A DNA stretch of 64,000 nt from an uncultured delta proteobacterium (GCA_963817725.1 CAWFPD010000006.1:19723-83722); one strand, 5' to 3'. Shown: positions 1 to 10,525, counted from the first letter of the stretch. Notes: generated by a model from the sequence alone, not told the origin. Numbers and translations: made by a program.

Positions 1-2490
1 CTCAGGTGAATCGCGCGGTTCTGGTGGGAAACAAGATTTCACCCGGTAACCCGGTAACCAAGCCCGACGGTACCGTCGTGAACACTCTTTGGGGAGAGCT
101 CGCATGGCAGCTCGGTTTCGCAGCAGGTGGGCTGAAGGAGGGCAAGAAGGCATTCCAACGCATCAAGGCGGACGATGAGAGAGGCACCAACCCCGGAGAC
201 GTTCTGCGTGAGCTCATGGTGGACTATGGCCCTTGCCTGATTCTGATCGATGAGTGGGTTGCCTATGCACGACAGCTCCACGAAGAAAACGACCTGCCCG
301 GCGGCAGCTTTGAGACCCACTTTACCTTTGCGCAGGCGCTCACCGAGTCTGCGAAGCTCGCCAAGAATTGCCTGCTCGTCGTGAGCTTGCCGGCCTCCGA
401 TACGGCGACGTCACCCCATCTAGTTGGCGAGGACATCGAAGTCGGCGGAGAACGAGGCAGAGCAGCACTGAACAGTTTGCGCAACGCGATCGGACGCGTG
501 GACGCCGTGTGGCGTCCAGCGAGCGCCGAGGAAAGCTTTGAGATCGTGCGCCGGCGTCTCTTCGAGCCGCTCGTCGAAAAAGAGCAGTTTGTGGCGCGCG
601 ATACGGTCGCGCGTGCGTTTTACGACCTTTACCGCACGCAGCATGAAGAGTTTCCGCCTGAATGCCGAGACGCCGACTACGAAAAGCGAATTAAGGCGGC
701 TTACCCGATCCACCCTGAGGTTTTCGATCGGCTCTACACCGATTGGTCAAGCCTCGTGAAGTTCCAACGAACGCGCGGCGTGCTACGACTGATGGCAGCC
801 GTCATCCATAGCTTATGGGAGAAGAACGATCGAAATCCGCTCATTTTGCCCGCGAACTTTGCCATCGACGATCGACGCGTCCAGTTTGAGCTCACCCGGT
901 ACCTGTCCGCCAACTGGGTGCCCATCATCGAAAAAGACGTGGACGGGCCCAATGCGCTTCCCGTGAGGCTCGACGGCGAGGTGCCCAATCTTGGCAAGTA
1001 CGCGGCGTGCCGTCGCGTGGCGCGCACCATCTATCTCGGCTCCGCACCGAGCACTGCCACTGCGCACAAGGGCATCGAAGATCGCCGTGTGAAGCTCGGT
1101 TGCGTGATGCCGGGGGAGTCCCCGGCAATATTCGGTGACGCGCTCCGTCGCCTTTCGAGCACGGCTACCTATCTCTATCAAGATGGGGTTCGATACTGGT
1201 ACTCGACCCAGCCCACCGTAACCAAGCTGGCGGAAGACCGCACGGAACAATTGCGCCGAGAGTCAGACAAAGTGGTGCAAGAGCTCGACAAGCGACTCCG
1301 GACCAACCTGCGAAAGAAGGGCGATTTCAGTCGAGTTCATGCCCTTCCATATTCCGGGCAGGACGTACCAGATGACACCGACGCCCGGTTGGTGGTCCTC
1401 AGCATCGAGCACCCATACAGAAAGGGCGATGGCAATCCCGCAGAGCTCGCAGCCAAAGCGATTCTTGAATTGCAGAGGCAGCGCCCCGCGACTCTTTCAG
1501 AACACCCTGGTGTTTCTTGCAGTCGACGAGACGCGGCTTCAGGACCTCGACGAGGCCGTAAGGCGCCACTTGGCGTGGGAATCGATTCTCGCTGAGAAAG
1601 AAGAGCTGGACCTATCGCCGCATCAGGTCAAGCAAGCCGAAACACAACTTTCGTCGGCGGATAGCGTCGTATCCGCGCGACTGCCTGAGGCCTATCAATG
1701 GTTGCTCGTCCCCGTGCAGAAGACGCCACAAGACTCCGTCAAGTGGGAAGCATATCGCCTTACGGGTCACGAGGCTCTGGCAGAGCGGGCAAGCAAGAAG
1801 CTCCGCAACGATGAGCTGTTGATCCCTGCCTTTGGTGGCACGCGCCTTCAGATGGAGCTCGAAAAGATCCCGCTTTGGCGGGGCGATAGCGTCTCGATCA
1901 AACAGCTCACAGAAGACTTCGCGCGCTATCTCTACCTGCCTCGCCTCGTCGACTCTTCCGTCCTGTGGAAGGCGATCGAGGACGGCCTAAATCTCATCAC
2001 ATGGCCCAAAGACTCCTTCGCCTATGCTGAGAGTTACGACGAGGCCGAAAAGAGATTTCGCGGCCTCCAAGCGGGCAAGAGGGTGCCAATCAAAGATGGG
2101 GATCCCGGGTTGTTGGTTCGGCCCGAACTAGCGCACGCGCAGCTAGAGCAGGAGGCGGGGGAAAAACTGGGAGGTGAGGGAGACAAGAAAAACGGGGGAG
2201 GCGGTTCCACCACAGGCGATGGTGATGTCAAACCCGAGCCGCCAGTCAAGACCGATCCGCATCGCTTTCACGGAAGCGCAGTGCTCAACCCAACCCGCGT
2301 CGGCCGCGATGCTGGCCGCATCGCCGACGAAGTCATCTCCCACCTAGCCGGCCTCGTAGGCGCCGAGGTTCGAGTGACTCTCGAAATAGAAGCCAAGATC
2401 CCCGACGGAGCTCCCGAACGCGTGGTGCGGATCGTCACGGAGAATTGCAGCACGTTGAAGTTCACGAGTCAGGGGTTTGAAGACGAGTAG
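1..2490 (+). pseudogene. DUF499/COG1483-like AAA+ ATPase of an R-M-like defence module. It is 5'-truncated by the window edge and its reading frame is broken near 1465-1480.
   Basis: ORFs 6..1595 and 1339..2490 overlap in different frames. Protein-like sequence runs ...NPAELAAKAILE then RGSAPRLFQNTLVFLAVDETRLQDL... only after a 1-nt frame change. The long helical C-terminal part carries FARYLYLPRLV, which I recall from DUF499 proteins. Only 20 nt separate it from the OLD nuclease gene. Confidence 0.6.
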
Positions 2491-2510
2491 GCGCGCCCGG
2501 AAGTTCAGGC

Positions 2511-4184
2511 ATGATCACCATTACGCACGTTGAGATCGACCGGTTCAGATCAATACGAAGTGCCCGGATGATGCAGCTCGCTGATTTCTCCGTCCTTGCG
2601 GGCCTAAACAACTCGGGGAAATCAAATGTCTTACGAGCGCTTCATCTGTTCTTCACGGGTCAGGTCGAACCAGGCATAGACTTCGATGCATCGCGTGAGT
2701 TCTTTCGTGGTGAGTTGAGCGCCAAGAAGAAGAAGCAAATATCCGTCGGGGTGACCTTCCGCCTATCGAAGCGATTCAAGTTTCGGAAGGGTCTAGAGGC
2801 GTCAGAACAACTACTTGGGCGACAGTTCAAGATCACGAAGGTCTGGTCCATGAAGGACCGGGTACCATCCGTCTATCTGAACGACGGTGCCACACCGTTG
2901 GACGCCAACGGAAGCGCAAAAGTTCAAGCGTTCCTGAACTTGATCACGTTCAGGTTCATTCCCAATCGAGTTGTGCCAACTGACATGATTAGGCGCGAGC
3001 AGCTTGCGCTCAGAGACGTGCTGGTGCGGCGACTAGCAAAGTACAAAACGCGCTCTCAAGAGGTGTTCGACAAGATCGCGGAAACAGCGGATGCGCTGGT
3101 GAAAAGCCTCTCTGATGAGATCGGGCGCTTCGCACCGGATATTTCACAGGTCAAGCTAGCCACCGCTTCGTCTTTGGCGGACCTAGCTTTCCGCTTTGGG
3201 TATCAGCTGAGCGAGAGTGGAAGCCTCATGGACGAGACTGAGCAGGGCTCAGGCCTCCAAAGCTTGTTGATGTTCCAGACGTATCACCTGATCGATCGTG
3301 ACTACTTTCAACAGTTCGGATGGAAGCAAGCCGCAATCTGGGCAGTCGAAGAGCCTGAGTCCTCATTGAACACGGCCCTCGAAGCACAGGTCGCTAGCTA
3401 TCTCAAGCAGATCGCTGCCGAGTCCAAGGGGCGCCTACAAATTCTCGCGACAACGCATTCCGATCTGATGATTCAATACGCAGACGCCGGCTTCTTCGTG
3501 AACAAGGAGAACAAGACTGGTCGTTTTCTTGAGACAACGATCGAGCCTTACTCGCCGCGGCAGCTCCTAAAAGTCGCGTCCAACTTCGGTGTCTCCCGCT
3601 GGGTGGATCCGATTCTCTTCCACCCCTTAGATCCGGTTCTCCTAGTGGAGGGCAAATACGACCGAGATTTCATCATACAGTCCTACAAGGCCTTGTCCCT
3701 CGTTCCGCGTTTCAAGGTATTCTCTCTAGAAGACCTTCTTGAAGACCCGACCAAGGGTGGTGTTGAGATTCTGATTGGTTTCGTGAAGTCGCACGCGGAC
3801 GCGATCAAATCACGTTCTTCGGACGCTAAGGTTGGTGTGCTTCTCGATTGGGATGCTGACAGCAAGCTCGGTACCTTAAAAAAAACGTTCTCTGCCAAGG
3901 ACCCATTTGTTGCTCTAGCATGGGACAGCAAGGCGAAGAATCCGCTACTCACGAAACTATTCCGTGGAATAGAGGCGTTCTGCTCCGACCGTCTCATCCA
4001 GCAAGTTGAAACCAGTCACCCAGACTTGATTTATGCGAGTGGAGCAGGCAAGAAGACGGTCGACCCCGCCACCTACTCTCAGGTCAAGAAGCTGCTGAAT
4101 GCAGAGGTTCTGAAGGGCTTGACTCCAGCAGATACTGTTTATTCTGAGCCGCTTCTCAGGCAGCTGATGACAGACCTGAGCTGA
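2511..4184 (+). CDS. OLD-family ATP-dependent nuclease (ABC-type ATPase plus C-terminal Toprim)
   Basis: Walker A is GLNNSGKSN, Walker B is AIWAVEEPESSL and the H-loop is ILATTHSD. The C-terminal Toprim signature is PVLLVEGKYDRDFI ... VGVLLDWDADSK. Confidence 0.8.
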   Translation: MITITHVEIDRFRSIRSARMMQLADFSVLAGLNNSGKSNVLRALHLFFTGQVEPGIDFDASREFFRGELSAKKKKQISVGVTFRLSKRFKFRKGLEASEQLLGRQFKITKVWSMKDRVPSVYLNDGATPLDANGSAKVQAFLNLITFRFIPNRVVPTDMIRREQLALRDVLVRRLAKYKTRSQEVFDKIAETADALVKSLSDEIGRFAPDISQVKLATASSLADLAFRFGYQLSESGSLMDETEQGSGLQSLLMFQTYHLIDRDYFQQFGWKQAAIWAVEEPESSLNTALEAQVASYLKQIAAESKGRLQILATTHSDLMIQYADAGFFVNKENKTGRFLETTIEPYSPRQLLKVASNFGVSRWVDPILFHPLDPVLLVEGKYDRDFIIQSYKALSLVPRFKVFSLEDLLEDPTKGGVEILIGFVKSHADAIKSRSSDAKVGVLLDWDADSKLGTLKKTFSAKDPFVALAWDSKAKNPLLTKLFRGIEAFCSDRLIQQVETSHPDLIYASGAGKKTVDPATYSQVKKLLNAEVLKGLTPADTVYSEPLLRQLMTDLS

Positions 4185-4254
4185 CGCGCTCGTATGGGGT
4201 GGTTTTCGGTTTCCAGGCTATCCGGCCATTCCTTCGGGAACCCTCCATCCGGCC

Positions 4255-4447
4255 GCCCTGACTCCACCGGCACGCAGCGGTCAAAGTGCGGCACGGCGCC
4301 GGGGCAGACCGACTTCTCGAAACACGCGAAAGTTCGCGGCCGCCTTTCGTCGATGGCCCGGTCCGACCCTTCCGGCCTGCTGCCGCGACAAAGGGTTGCC
4401 TTCCCGAGGGTGCGATCCTCTTCGATGATCGCGACGCGAGCGATTCG
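4255..4447 (-). pseudogene. Fragment of the Cys-rich domain paralog family (see 4884..7520)
   Basis: The minus-strand translation VAIIEEDRTLG...RPRTFACFEKSVCPGAVPHFDRCV matches the V(R)V.IL.EG...FACFD...G.P.F..C motif of the neighbouring paralogs. No start codon or N-terminal part is present. Confidence 0.5.
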
Positions 4448-4484
4448 ACGCAGTCCTCGCGCGGCTCTTTCGCGCTTGCCCTCG

Positions 4485-4795
4485 GCGCGCAACTTCCAGT
4501 CCCGTCGGCCGATAACCCACCAAGCCCCGAACCCGACGCCGCTCCTACAAAACCACCTCAGGCGCCAGTCCAACTCAGCCGTTCTTTGACAATCCAATCC
4601 AGATATCCGGGAGTGCCAGAGACGAGCCGCCACCGAACGCGCTGTGCAGATATCCGGGAGTGCCAGCGACGAAGCATCTAACCAAGCTGTCCAGATATCC
4701 GGAAGTCCCCACGGCAAGGAAGGTGCCTACCGGCGCTGGTTAGTCGAGTCGATGGATTGCAGCGCGCGGGAGATTTCCTGGATCGCGCGGGCATG
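4485..4795 (+). repeat. Decayed copy A of the composite module (junction repeat, HigB-like stub, 3 x 23-bp HNH-type repeats, 3' stub of the small membrane-protein gene)
   Basis: Junction at 4485-4518 (gcgcgcaacttcc...cggccgataaccc). The 23-bp repeats sit at 4597, 4642 and 4687 with a 45-bp period. On the minus strand 4727-4792 reads RAIQEISRALQSIDSTNQRR*, the C-terminus of the 14612/30567 family. Confidence 0.75.
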
Positions 4796-4883
4796 GGGCG
4801 CACGCACCTCGTCGTCCGCGACCTAGCCTGCTCGACCAGATGCCTCTTTTGGCCCCTACCAGGAGGAACCGCTATCTTGATGT

Positions 4884-5633
4884 TTGGGGGATGTGGTGAG
4901 TGGGCACGAAGGACTCCGCGGCAAACATCTGCTGATCGCGATCGTGGTTTTGGCAGCATCGCTTCTGCTCATTGCAATCGGAATCGAACAGTCAGCGGAA
5001 GGCAAACAACCACGTCTTGCCTCTCCTTCGGACTCGATCGCGTATTGCCGCCTTCACTGGAACGGAAGAGTAGAGAAGCAGCGCGGGTACCGATCTGCCG
5101 ATCTCATATGGGACGAGGACCTCGAGCCGGTCTTGGGGGCCAAGCAAGCCGAGTTGATGCCAAGCGGGCCTCCCCCACTCGGGGACTTTCCTGACGTGAG
5201 CTACATCCACTCTTTCGCTGTTGCCCTCACGCCATCGGATTGTGAGGTTCGATATGCTGAAGAGGCCGAAATCGTTTGTGAGAGCTCTTGTTATGAGCTT
5301 GTTCGGGACAATGTGGTGGCGGCCAGCGCAAAGGTAGCTTGCGAGTCTTGTTTGGACCGCAACCGACGCGGGAGGAACAAGGGGTGCCTTGGGGAAGAAC
5401 CGAAATGTCCGCCTTTTTCCTTCAACGCAGTCATAGAGTCCGTCGAGGAGAACGATCCGAGCGCGGCGCGAGTGACAATACTCCAAGAGGGCAACGCGAA
5501 AACAAAGGCCATCGTGGATTGTGTCCGAATGCGCGACTGCAAGAACGTAGGTGAAAGAGTCCTCTTCAACTGCTGGGGCAAGTCTGACGCATCGCAAATC
5601 ATTCGCTATCAATACTGCGAGCAGGGCCGGTAG
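4884..5633 (+). CDS. Membrane-anchored Cys-rich protein, paralog family member P1
   Basis: TM helix LLIAIVVLAASLLLIAIGI. The C-terminal domain ...FSFNAVIESVEENDPSAARVTILQEGNAK... is shared with 5764..6342, 6339..7520 and 22363..22937. The start codon is uncertain (TTG 4884 or GTG 4893). Confidence 0.55.
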   Translation: MGDVVSGHEGLRGKHLLIAIVVLAASLLLIAIGIEQSAEGKQPRLASPSDSIAYCRLHWNGRVEKQRGYRSADLIWDEDLEPVLGAKQAELMPSGPPPLGDFPDVSYIHSFAVALTPSDCEVRYAEEAEIVCESSCYELVRDNVVAASAKVACESCLDRNRRGRNKGCLGEEPKCPPFSFNAVIESVEENDPSAARVTILQEGNAKTKAIVDCVRMRDCKNVGERVLFNCWGKSDASQIIRYQYCEQGR

Positions 5634-5763
5634 CACATCCAGGCTTCACACGTCCGTGCCCGCCGTCCGCCGCGCTATAGCGCTCGACCCGCCGGGCTAC
5701 GGCCTTCGATAAGCCGCTCGCCGTCCCGTCCGGCTGCCGGGGTACGGTGTCCTCCGTGGGATT

Positions 5764-6342
5764 TCAACGCCCGAAGCGAAGGCTGTCAAACCGGGCCGAG
5801 CTCTCATCGCTCGTGGTTTCGGCTCTTGCGACGCACCCCAGCTCGTCAGATTTGGATGCCAACATCTGCACGCAGTCCTGGAACCGTGGCACGCCATCTG
5901 GATCGTCGACGCTGTCGAAGCATGCAAACCTCACCGGCGCGCCCTCTTGCCCTATCACGCGCGCGTCTTCAGCCACGACGCTGCGATCGACGATGCCCCG
6001 AGTGAGCGCTCCGTGCTCTCCGAGGATGATGACCCGCGCGGCGTGCCCATCCTCATCGACCTCCGCCTCGATGACCGCGTTGAAGCAGTAGCCCACGCAA
6101 CCATCGCTGCTCATGACCGGAGTCGCCGCCGGCAACTGCTCCCAGTCGAGGCCATCCGAATCGTACGTTGGGAAGGCACAGTCTTCGCCGCCCTGTGCTT
6201 TGGCCGACGCGCTTGCGTAGGCTCCAGCGTATTGTTGTCTGCTGAGAGTGAGAAGGCGGCCGACGGCGACCAACAACAGCAGCGCGCCTACCGTTATCGT
6301 CACCCGAGCGACACGAAGTGCTTTTCCGCGGTTTTGTTTCAC
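5764..6342 (-). CDS. Membrane-anchored Cys-rich protein, paralog P2
   Basis: TM segment VTITVGALLLLVAVG. Domain CVGYCFNAVIEAEVDEDGHAARVIILGEHG...VRFACFDSVDDPDGVPRFQDCVQ. The GTG at 6342 overlaps the TGA of the upstream gene (GTGA coupling). An alternative ATG lies at 6387. Confidence 0.6.
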   Translation of the reverse strand: MKQNRGKALRVARVTITVGALLLLVAVGRLLTLSRQQYAGAYASASAKAQGGEDCAFPTYDSDGLDWEQLPAATPVMSSDGCVGYCFNAVIEAEVDEDGHAARVIILGEHGALTRGIVDRSVVAEDARVIGQEGAPVRFACFDSVDDPDGVPRFQDCVQMLASKSDELGCVARAETTSDESSARFDSLRFGR

Positions 6343-7520
6343 AGCTTCCCCGCTTTCGCTTTGAAAGCCTTCGATGCGGTCAAGCACGCCCAGTCGTCCG
6401 CTGGATCCGCTTCCATTTGGACGCAGTCATCAAAATGCGGCGCGACACCGCTGCCATCCGACTTGTCGAAGCAAGCGAATCTCAGGGGTTCTCTCCGACC
6501 CTCTTCCGTGTCAGTCGACGCCGCGACCACGCTGCGACTCAGGGTAGCTCGAGCGAGCGCACTGCCTTCGTCCAGGATCGCAACCCGAACGACATCAGGT
6601 GATTCTTTGGCCGTCGAATCGATGAACGCCCTGAAGCAGTATCCCACACAGCCATCGCTCGTTTGCGCCACGTCTGCCGGCGGGAGCCTCTTCCAGTGAT
6701 TCAACCCTGGTTGGTAATTGGGGTCTGAGCAGTCGTGTCGCGGTTTCCTCGAGCTAACCCTCGGTACGCCCGGGAGGCTTTGACCGTGACATCGCACGCC
6801 GGAGACGTGAGCGGCCAAGCCGCCTCTGCCTTCGGACGATGTCGTCCATTCGATCACGTCATTCTTGAGCATCCGGACTCCGCCCTGATGCTCGCCCTGA
6901 CCGGTGACGTATAGACCATTCGCCGCGACGACAACGAGATCGCTGCACCAAAGCCAGTCATTGCCGACTTCGGTCTGACCGTCCCTATCGCAGAGAAGGG
7001 TTTCCGGACCTTCGACTTTCACCGCGAGGAAGTCGCCGTCGTGGCGTGGAACGAAGGGCTTACCTTCGTGGTCCAAGAAATCGAAGCGATTGTCGGTCTC
7101 TCCATTCACGCCTCCGATTTCCACCTCCACGGTGAGCGGGTCCAAGCTCCACAGCCGATAGCGCGCTGGAGAGTCTGTTTCCACTATCTGCCCATTGCCT
7201 CTCGGTCCTCCCGCGGTTGTGCTCACGTGGAAGCGGTTGCACTCCGTCCAGGTCCACAAGCTCGCTCGCGTACCCTGTGCGAGCTTCTCGCCCAGGGTCT
7301 CAGAAGTTGCTGGCCGGCTGGGGTCGCCCCACGTCCGTTCGAACCTGGCCGGAAACCCCATCCTGTTGGCGGTCGGAGGGTCGGGGACCGGCGATGAAGG
7401 CTCCGCCCCCGACTCTTGCTCCTCACCAGCCTGAATGTCTAACGATCCGCTGCGCTGTGTCGGAGCCGTTGTCTTGCATCCAGCGAGCCCAACCGCCAAC
7501 GCCAAAATCAACCATCTCAT
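6339..7520 (-). CDS. Lipoprotein with C-terminal Cys-rich paralog domain (P3)
   Basis: Signal and lipobox MRWLILALAVGLAGC starting at 7520. C-terminal domain CVGYCFRAFIDSTAKESPDVVRVAILDEGS...LRFACFDKSDGSGVAPHFDDCVQ. Confidence 0.65.
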   Translation of the reverse strand: MRWLILALAVGLAGCKTTAPTQRSGSLDIQAGEEQESGAEPSSPVPDPPTANRMGFPARFERTWGDPSRPATSETLGEKLAQGTRASLWTWTECNRFHVSTTAGGPRGNGQIVETDSPARYRLWSLDPLTVEVEIGGVNGETDNRFDFLDHEGKPFVPRHDGDFLAVKVEGPETLLCDRDGQTEVGNDWLWCSDLVVVAANGLYVTGQGEHQGGVRMLKNDVIEWTTSSEGRGGLAAHVSGVRCHGQSLPGVPRVSSRKPRHDCSDPNYQPGLNHWKRLPPADVAQTSDGCVGYCFRAFIDSTAKESPDVVRVAILDEGSALARATLSRSVVAASTDTEEGRREPLRFACFDKSDGSGVAPHFDDCVQMEADPADDWACLTASKAFKAKAGKL

Positions 7521-7759
7521 CCGAAGCCCCCAATCCCCGACAATCCGAACAGCGATTTGCTCAGCGATCCGTATGCCTCCACCTACAACGTAGCAATCGA
7601 GCACCGACGCTTCCAAACCGTGAGACAAACCACAAAACGCGAGGTCGCTCGGCTCGCCGATCGGACTTGCTTCCCAATCCCGTAGCGCCCAGTGAATCAG
7701 CCTCTGTCGTTTGTGGGTCAGGTTTGCACTTCGCTAATCTGGAAAGGGGGAGGCAGTCG

Positions 7760-8422
7760 ATGCGGGATAGGAGTCAGAAGCGCTGGGCGACACCGCACGT
7801 GCTCACGATGACGCTCGCCCTGGCGATCACCATGGCTTTGAATGGCTGTGGCGCGGCACCTCCCGCCGCGCAGCCCACGGCGCAAGTCGTCGAACGCCAC
7901 TACTACTACTACAACGCGACGCCAGAGGCGCAGCAGGCACCTCCAGCGCAACCCGCACCGGCCGCAGCGGCACCCGTTCTGCAGCAAACACCGGCAACCG
8001 CTGCACGGCAAACACCGGCACCAGCACCTGCAGAAAACCAAGCAAAGGTGATTCTGGCGACGCTGGCGACTTTGCTGGAAAGCGACGTAAACAGCTTCTA
8101 TGAGATGTGCATGCAACCGCCCGCTGGCGACTTCACTCGGCGCGACGGCAATATCTATCATTGCTGGCAGGCCGAGGACGATCCGCCCTATAACCTTGCC
8201 GTCAGGTCCGAGGTGAGCTCGATCACCATCGCATCCTTCGCCACGTCGATGTCGGAGTTCGGGAACATTGGACGTGGTATGTACGAGCTCCTCGGAGATC
8301 CAGACGACATCACAGGAAATGAAGCCACCTGGGAAAGGTCAGGCGTGTACGTCCGCCTGATCGCGGACAAGGAAGCACAGGCGACGATGGTCGTGGTGTC
8401 TCGAAAGGGACAACAACTGTAA
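7760..8422 (+). CDS. Lipoprotein, Pro/Ala/Gln-rich linker, unknown function
   Basis: An ATG is preceded by ggggga-gg. Signal and lipobox LALAITMALNGC. The longer ORF 7217..8422 upstream part is antisense to the 6339..7520 gene. Confidence 0.6.
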   Translation: MRDRSQKRWATPHVLTMTLALAITMALNGCGAAPPAAQPTAQVVERHYYYYNATPEAQQAPPAQPAPAAAAPVLQQTPATAARQTPAPAPAENQAKVILATLATLLESDVNSFYEMCMQPPAGDFTRRDGNIYHCWQAEDDPPYNLAVRSEVSSITIASFATSMSEFGNIGRGMYELLGDPDDITGNEATWERSGVYVRLIADKEAQATMVVVSRKGQQL

Positions 8423-8537
8423 CCGTCTGCGGCACGGTGGTGACGGCTGTCACCGGACACCAACACGGGGCGACGGGACGCCTCTAAGTTGCGGTCGAGA
8501 GGCGCGCGCCCCTAACTTTGGAAAAGAGGAGAACAAC

Positions 8538-8846
8538 ATGGCGCGGCGCGGTACGTATTTGGGTGCGCTCTGGCTTGTCTCGGCGTGCGTGATCGCGCTT
8601 GCTGGGTGCACTAAGAAAACGGGATCGACGGAGGAGCAGAGCGCAGCGAGCTTTCAGTGCGACCGGGACGGGTGGTGCCGGAAGACCTGCAACGTTCTAG
8701 GGATTGCGGTTCTGGCCGGCCTCGAAGCCGAGATCGCTTCGGTGCGTGGAGGGCAAGGCCTCTCGCGCGACGAAGCCTACGCCAAAGCCAAAGCAAATCT
8801 CGAGTCATGGCGATCGTCATCGCGCCGCTTGCAGAAGGCGGTCTAG
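8538..8846 (+). pseudogene. Chimeric ORF: lipoprotein signal fused to the 3' part of a ParD-like antitoxin cassette
   Basis: The N-terminus is LVSACVIALAGC. From about 8709 the sequence LAGLEAEIASVRGGQGLSRDEAYAKAKANLE is nearly identical to the C-terminus of 27958..28221. It is followed by a ParE-like start stub (MAIVIAPLAE...) cut off by junction copy 8881-8917. Confidence 0.45.
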
Positions 8847-8917
8847 ACGGTCCGCTGACCACGCTCCGCTCAGGCGTCGAACGCGCAACTTCTGTCTCCG
8901 TCGTCCGATAACCAACC

Positions 8918-9178
8918 ATGCGCCGCGGACGATGGCGGTTCTACGAAACCGCCTCCGGTGCCAACCAAGTTCAAGCGTTCCTTGACAACCTAACCGCAAG
9001 CGAGGCCGCCGAAGTGGCCGCGGCGATGGAAGAAGTCGCCCGACACGGCCTCCGCCGCGCTCGCCACCTGCGGGGAGACATCTGGGAGGTTCGCGTCGAG
9101 GGTGAACGAAAAGCGTTCCGCGTGGTGTTCAGTCCCGAAGGCGGGTGCAACGCCGAGCCAAACCAAGAGACGACCTGA
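8918..9178 (+). pseudogene. Truncated Gp49/RelE-family toxin (paralog of 23243..23593)
   Basis: MRRGRWRFYETASGANQVQAFLDNLTASEAAEV...IWEVRVEGERKAFRVVFSPEG matches the intact paralog, then diverges and stops early. Confidence 0.7.
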
Positions 9179-9342
9179 AGCGCTACATCGCCGAGCGCGA
9201 CGCGCGCGAGCCAGGGTTTGCCGCGCTCGTGGCGGACGCGGAAGCACGCTTGGCATTTGGTCGCCAGATGGCCGAGCGCCGACGCACCCAAGGCCAGACA
9301 CAGACGCGCCCGCGCCCGATGCCGTTATCCAGATATCCGTGA
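9145..9342 (+). pseudogene. Truncated XRE-type antitoxin (paralog of 23634..23990), fused to a 23-bp repeat and to the 3' end of another antitoxin
   Basis: RRAKPRDDLKRYIAERDAREPGFAALVADAEARLAFGRQMAERRR matches the 23634 protein. The homology ends at repeat 9324-9346. Positions 9355-9430 then encode LIRTLLALGVNRKQVGRAIGAA, the C-terminus of the 16926/26606 antitoxins. Confidence 0.65.
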
Positions 9343-9346
9343 CCCC
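9324..9346 (+). repeat. Single copy of the 23-bp repeat (gttatccagatatccgtgacccc)
   Basis: Direct match to the CTGTCCAGATATCCGKGAGTCCC family. Confidence 0.8.
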
Positions 9347-9594
9347 GAAGACGAGGTCCTGATCCGCACACTCCTCGCCCTCGGCGTGAACCGAAAGCAA
9401 GTGGGCAGGGCGATCGGCGCAGCCCCCGCAGCGGAACCCCCAAAGAACACACGGAAAACAACTGGCCGTGCACACAGCCACCCTAACACAACAGGGTCCA
9501 CGGCCGCTCCGTCGTGCCCAAGGTGCGACGAGCTCACCGGGCATGGCCCATTCACCCCTCGGCCGGCTCAAACACCATACCAGCGACGAAAGCA

Positions 9595-10486
9595 GCGCCC
9601 CCCTTCTAGGGCACTAGCGCCGTTCACGCCGCAGGCGGCGGAGGGTGACGTGTGCTGGCGGTCCTGCCACGAGCTCGATTCCGCGGCTGTCGTTGCTTTG
9701 GAACGCGCTTGCGGTGATCACCTCGCCGTCCCCGAACAGCTCGATGCTGAAGCGATCGAAGACGGCCACGAAGCCCTCGGCGTTCGGCGCATCGCGGGTG
9801 AAGCGCGCAGAAAAACCTTCGCTGATTTCACGACCCTCGGTTCGGTCCACCACCAAGGTGCCGTCGGCCAGTCCCAGCTCGAGAAACTCGTCTTCGCCCA
9901 CGTGTACGCGGAACATCGCGTCCCCACGCACCTCGAGGACGAACGCCTCGCCCTCGATCCCCGCGAAGTCCTCGAAAGCGCGCAACTTCCTCCGGTGTCG
10001 GCCGATAACCAAGCATGCGCCGCAATCGATGGCGGTTCTACGAAACCGTTTCGGGCGCCAAGCCAGTCCGATCGTTCCTTGACAACCTAGCTGCAACCTC
10101 GCATCCGACCCCGACGAGCTCGCCGAAAGCGACGCAGCCACCCGAAGTCCAGATATCCGTGAGTGGGGGAGCCGAAGCCGCGCGCAATGAACCCGATGGA
10201 CGCGCCGGCAAAGAAAGGGCCGGCGCGCCCGAGCCCATGCCGCTGTCCAGATATCCGTGAGTGCCGGAGCCAACGAACCCACTGTCCAGATATCCGTCAG
10301 TCCCAACGACGAAGGCAGCGTTGTCCAGATATCCGTGAGTCCCGGAGACGAGGTCCGCTGTCCAGATATCCGTGAGTCCGGCGTCGACCGCGCCGTCATC
10401 TCCCGAACGCGACCACCGCAAGATCGATACGGCGCCGAGACGAACGCGCGCAATCGCGTAACTCCCGCCGGCGACGGTCGATAACC
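9595..10486 (+). repeat. Copy D of the composite module. It is a deletion derivative of block 18085..20272 (GH32 3' fragment, junction, HigB-like stub, 5 x 23-bp repeats, second junction).
   Basis: On the minus strand 9614-9970 encodes FAGIEGEAFVLEVRGDAMFRVHVGEDEFLELGLADGTLVVDRTEGREISEGF...LRRLRRERR*, the GH32 C-terminus. Junction at 9978-10014. The stub is ATG 10015 MRRNRWRFYETVSGAKPV.. The repeats are at 10145, 10243, 10282, 10321 and 10358. The second junction is at 10445-10486. Confidence 0.85.
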
Positions 10487-10525
10487 CTTCGTGCCTCTCA
10501 CCTCCCACCAAGCCTCCGGGATGAC

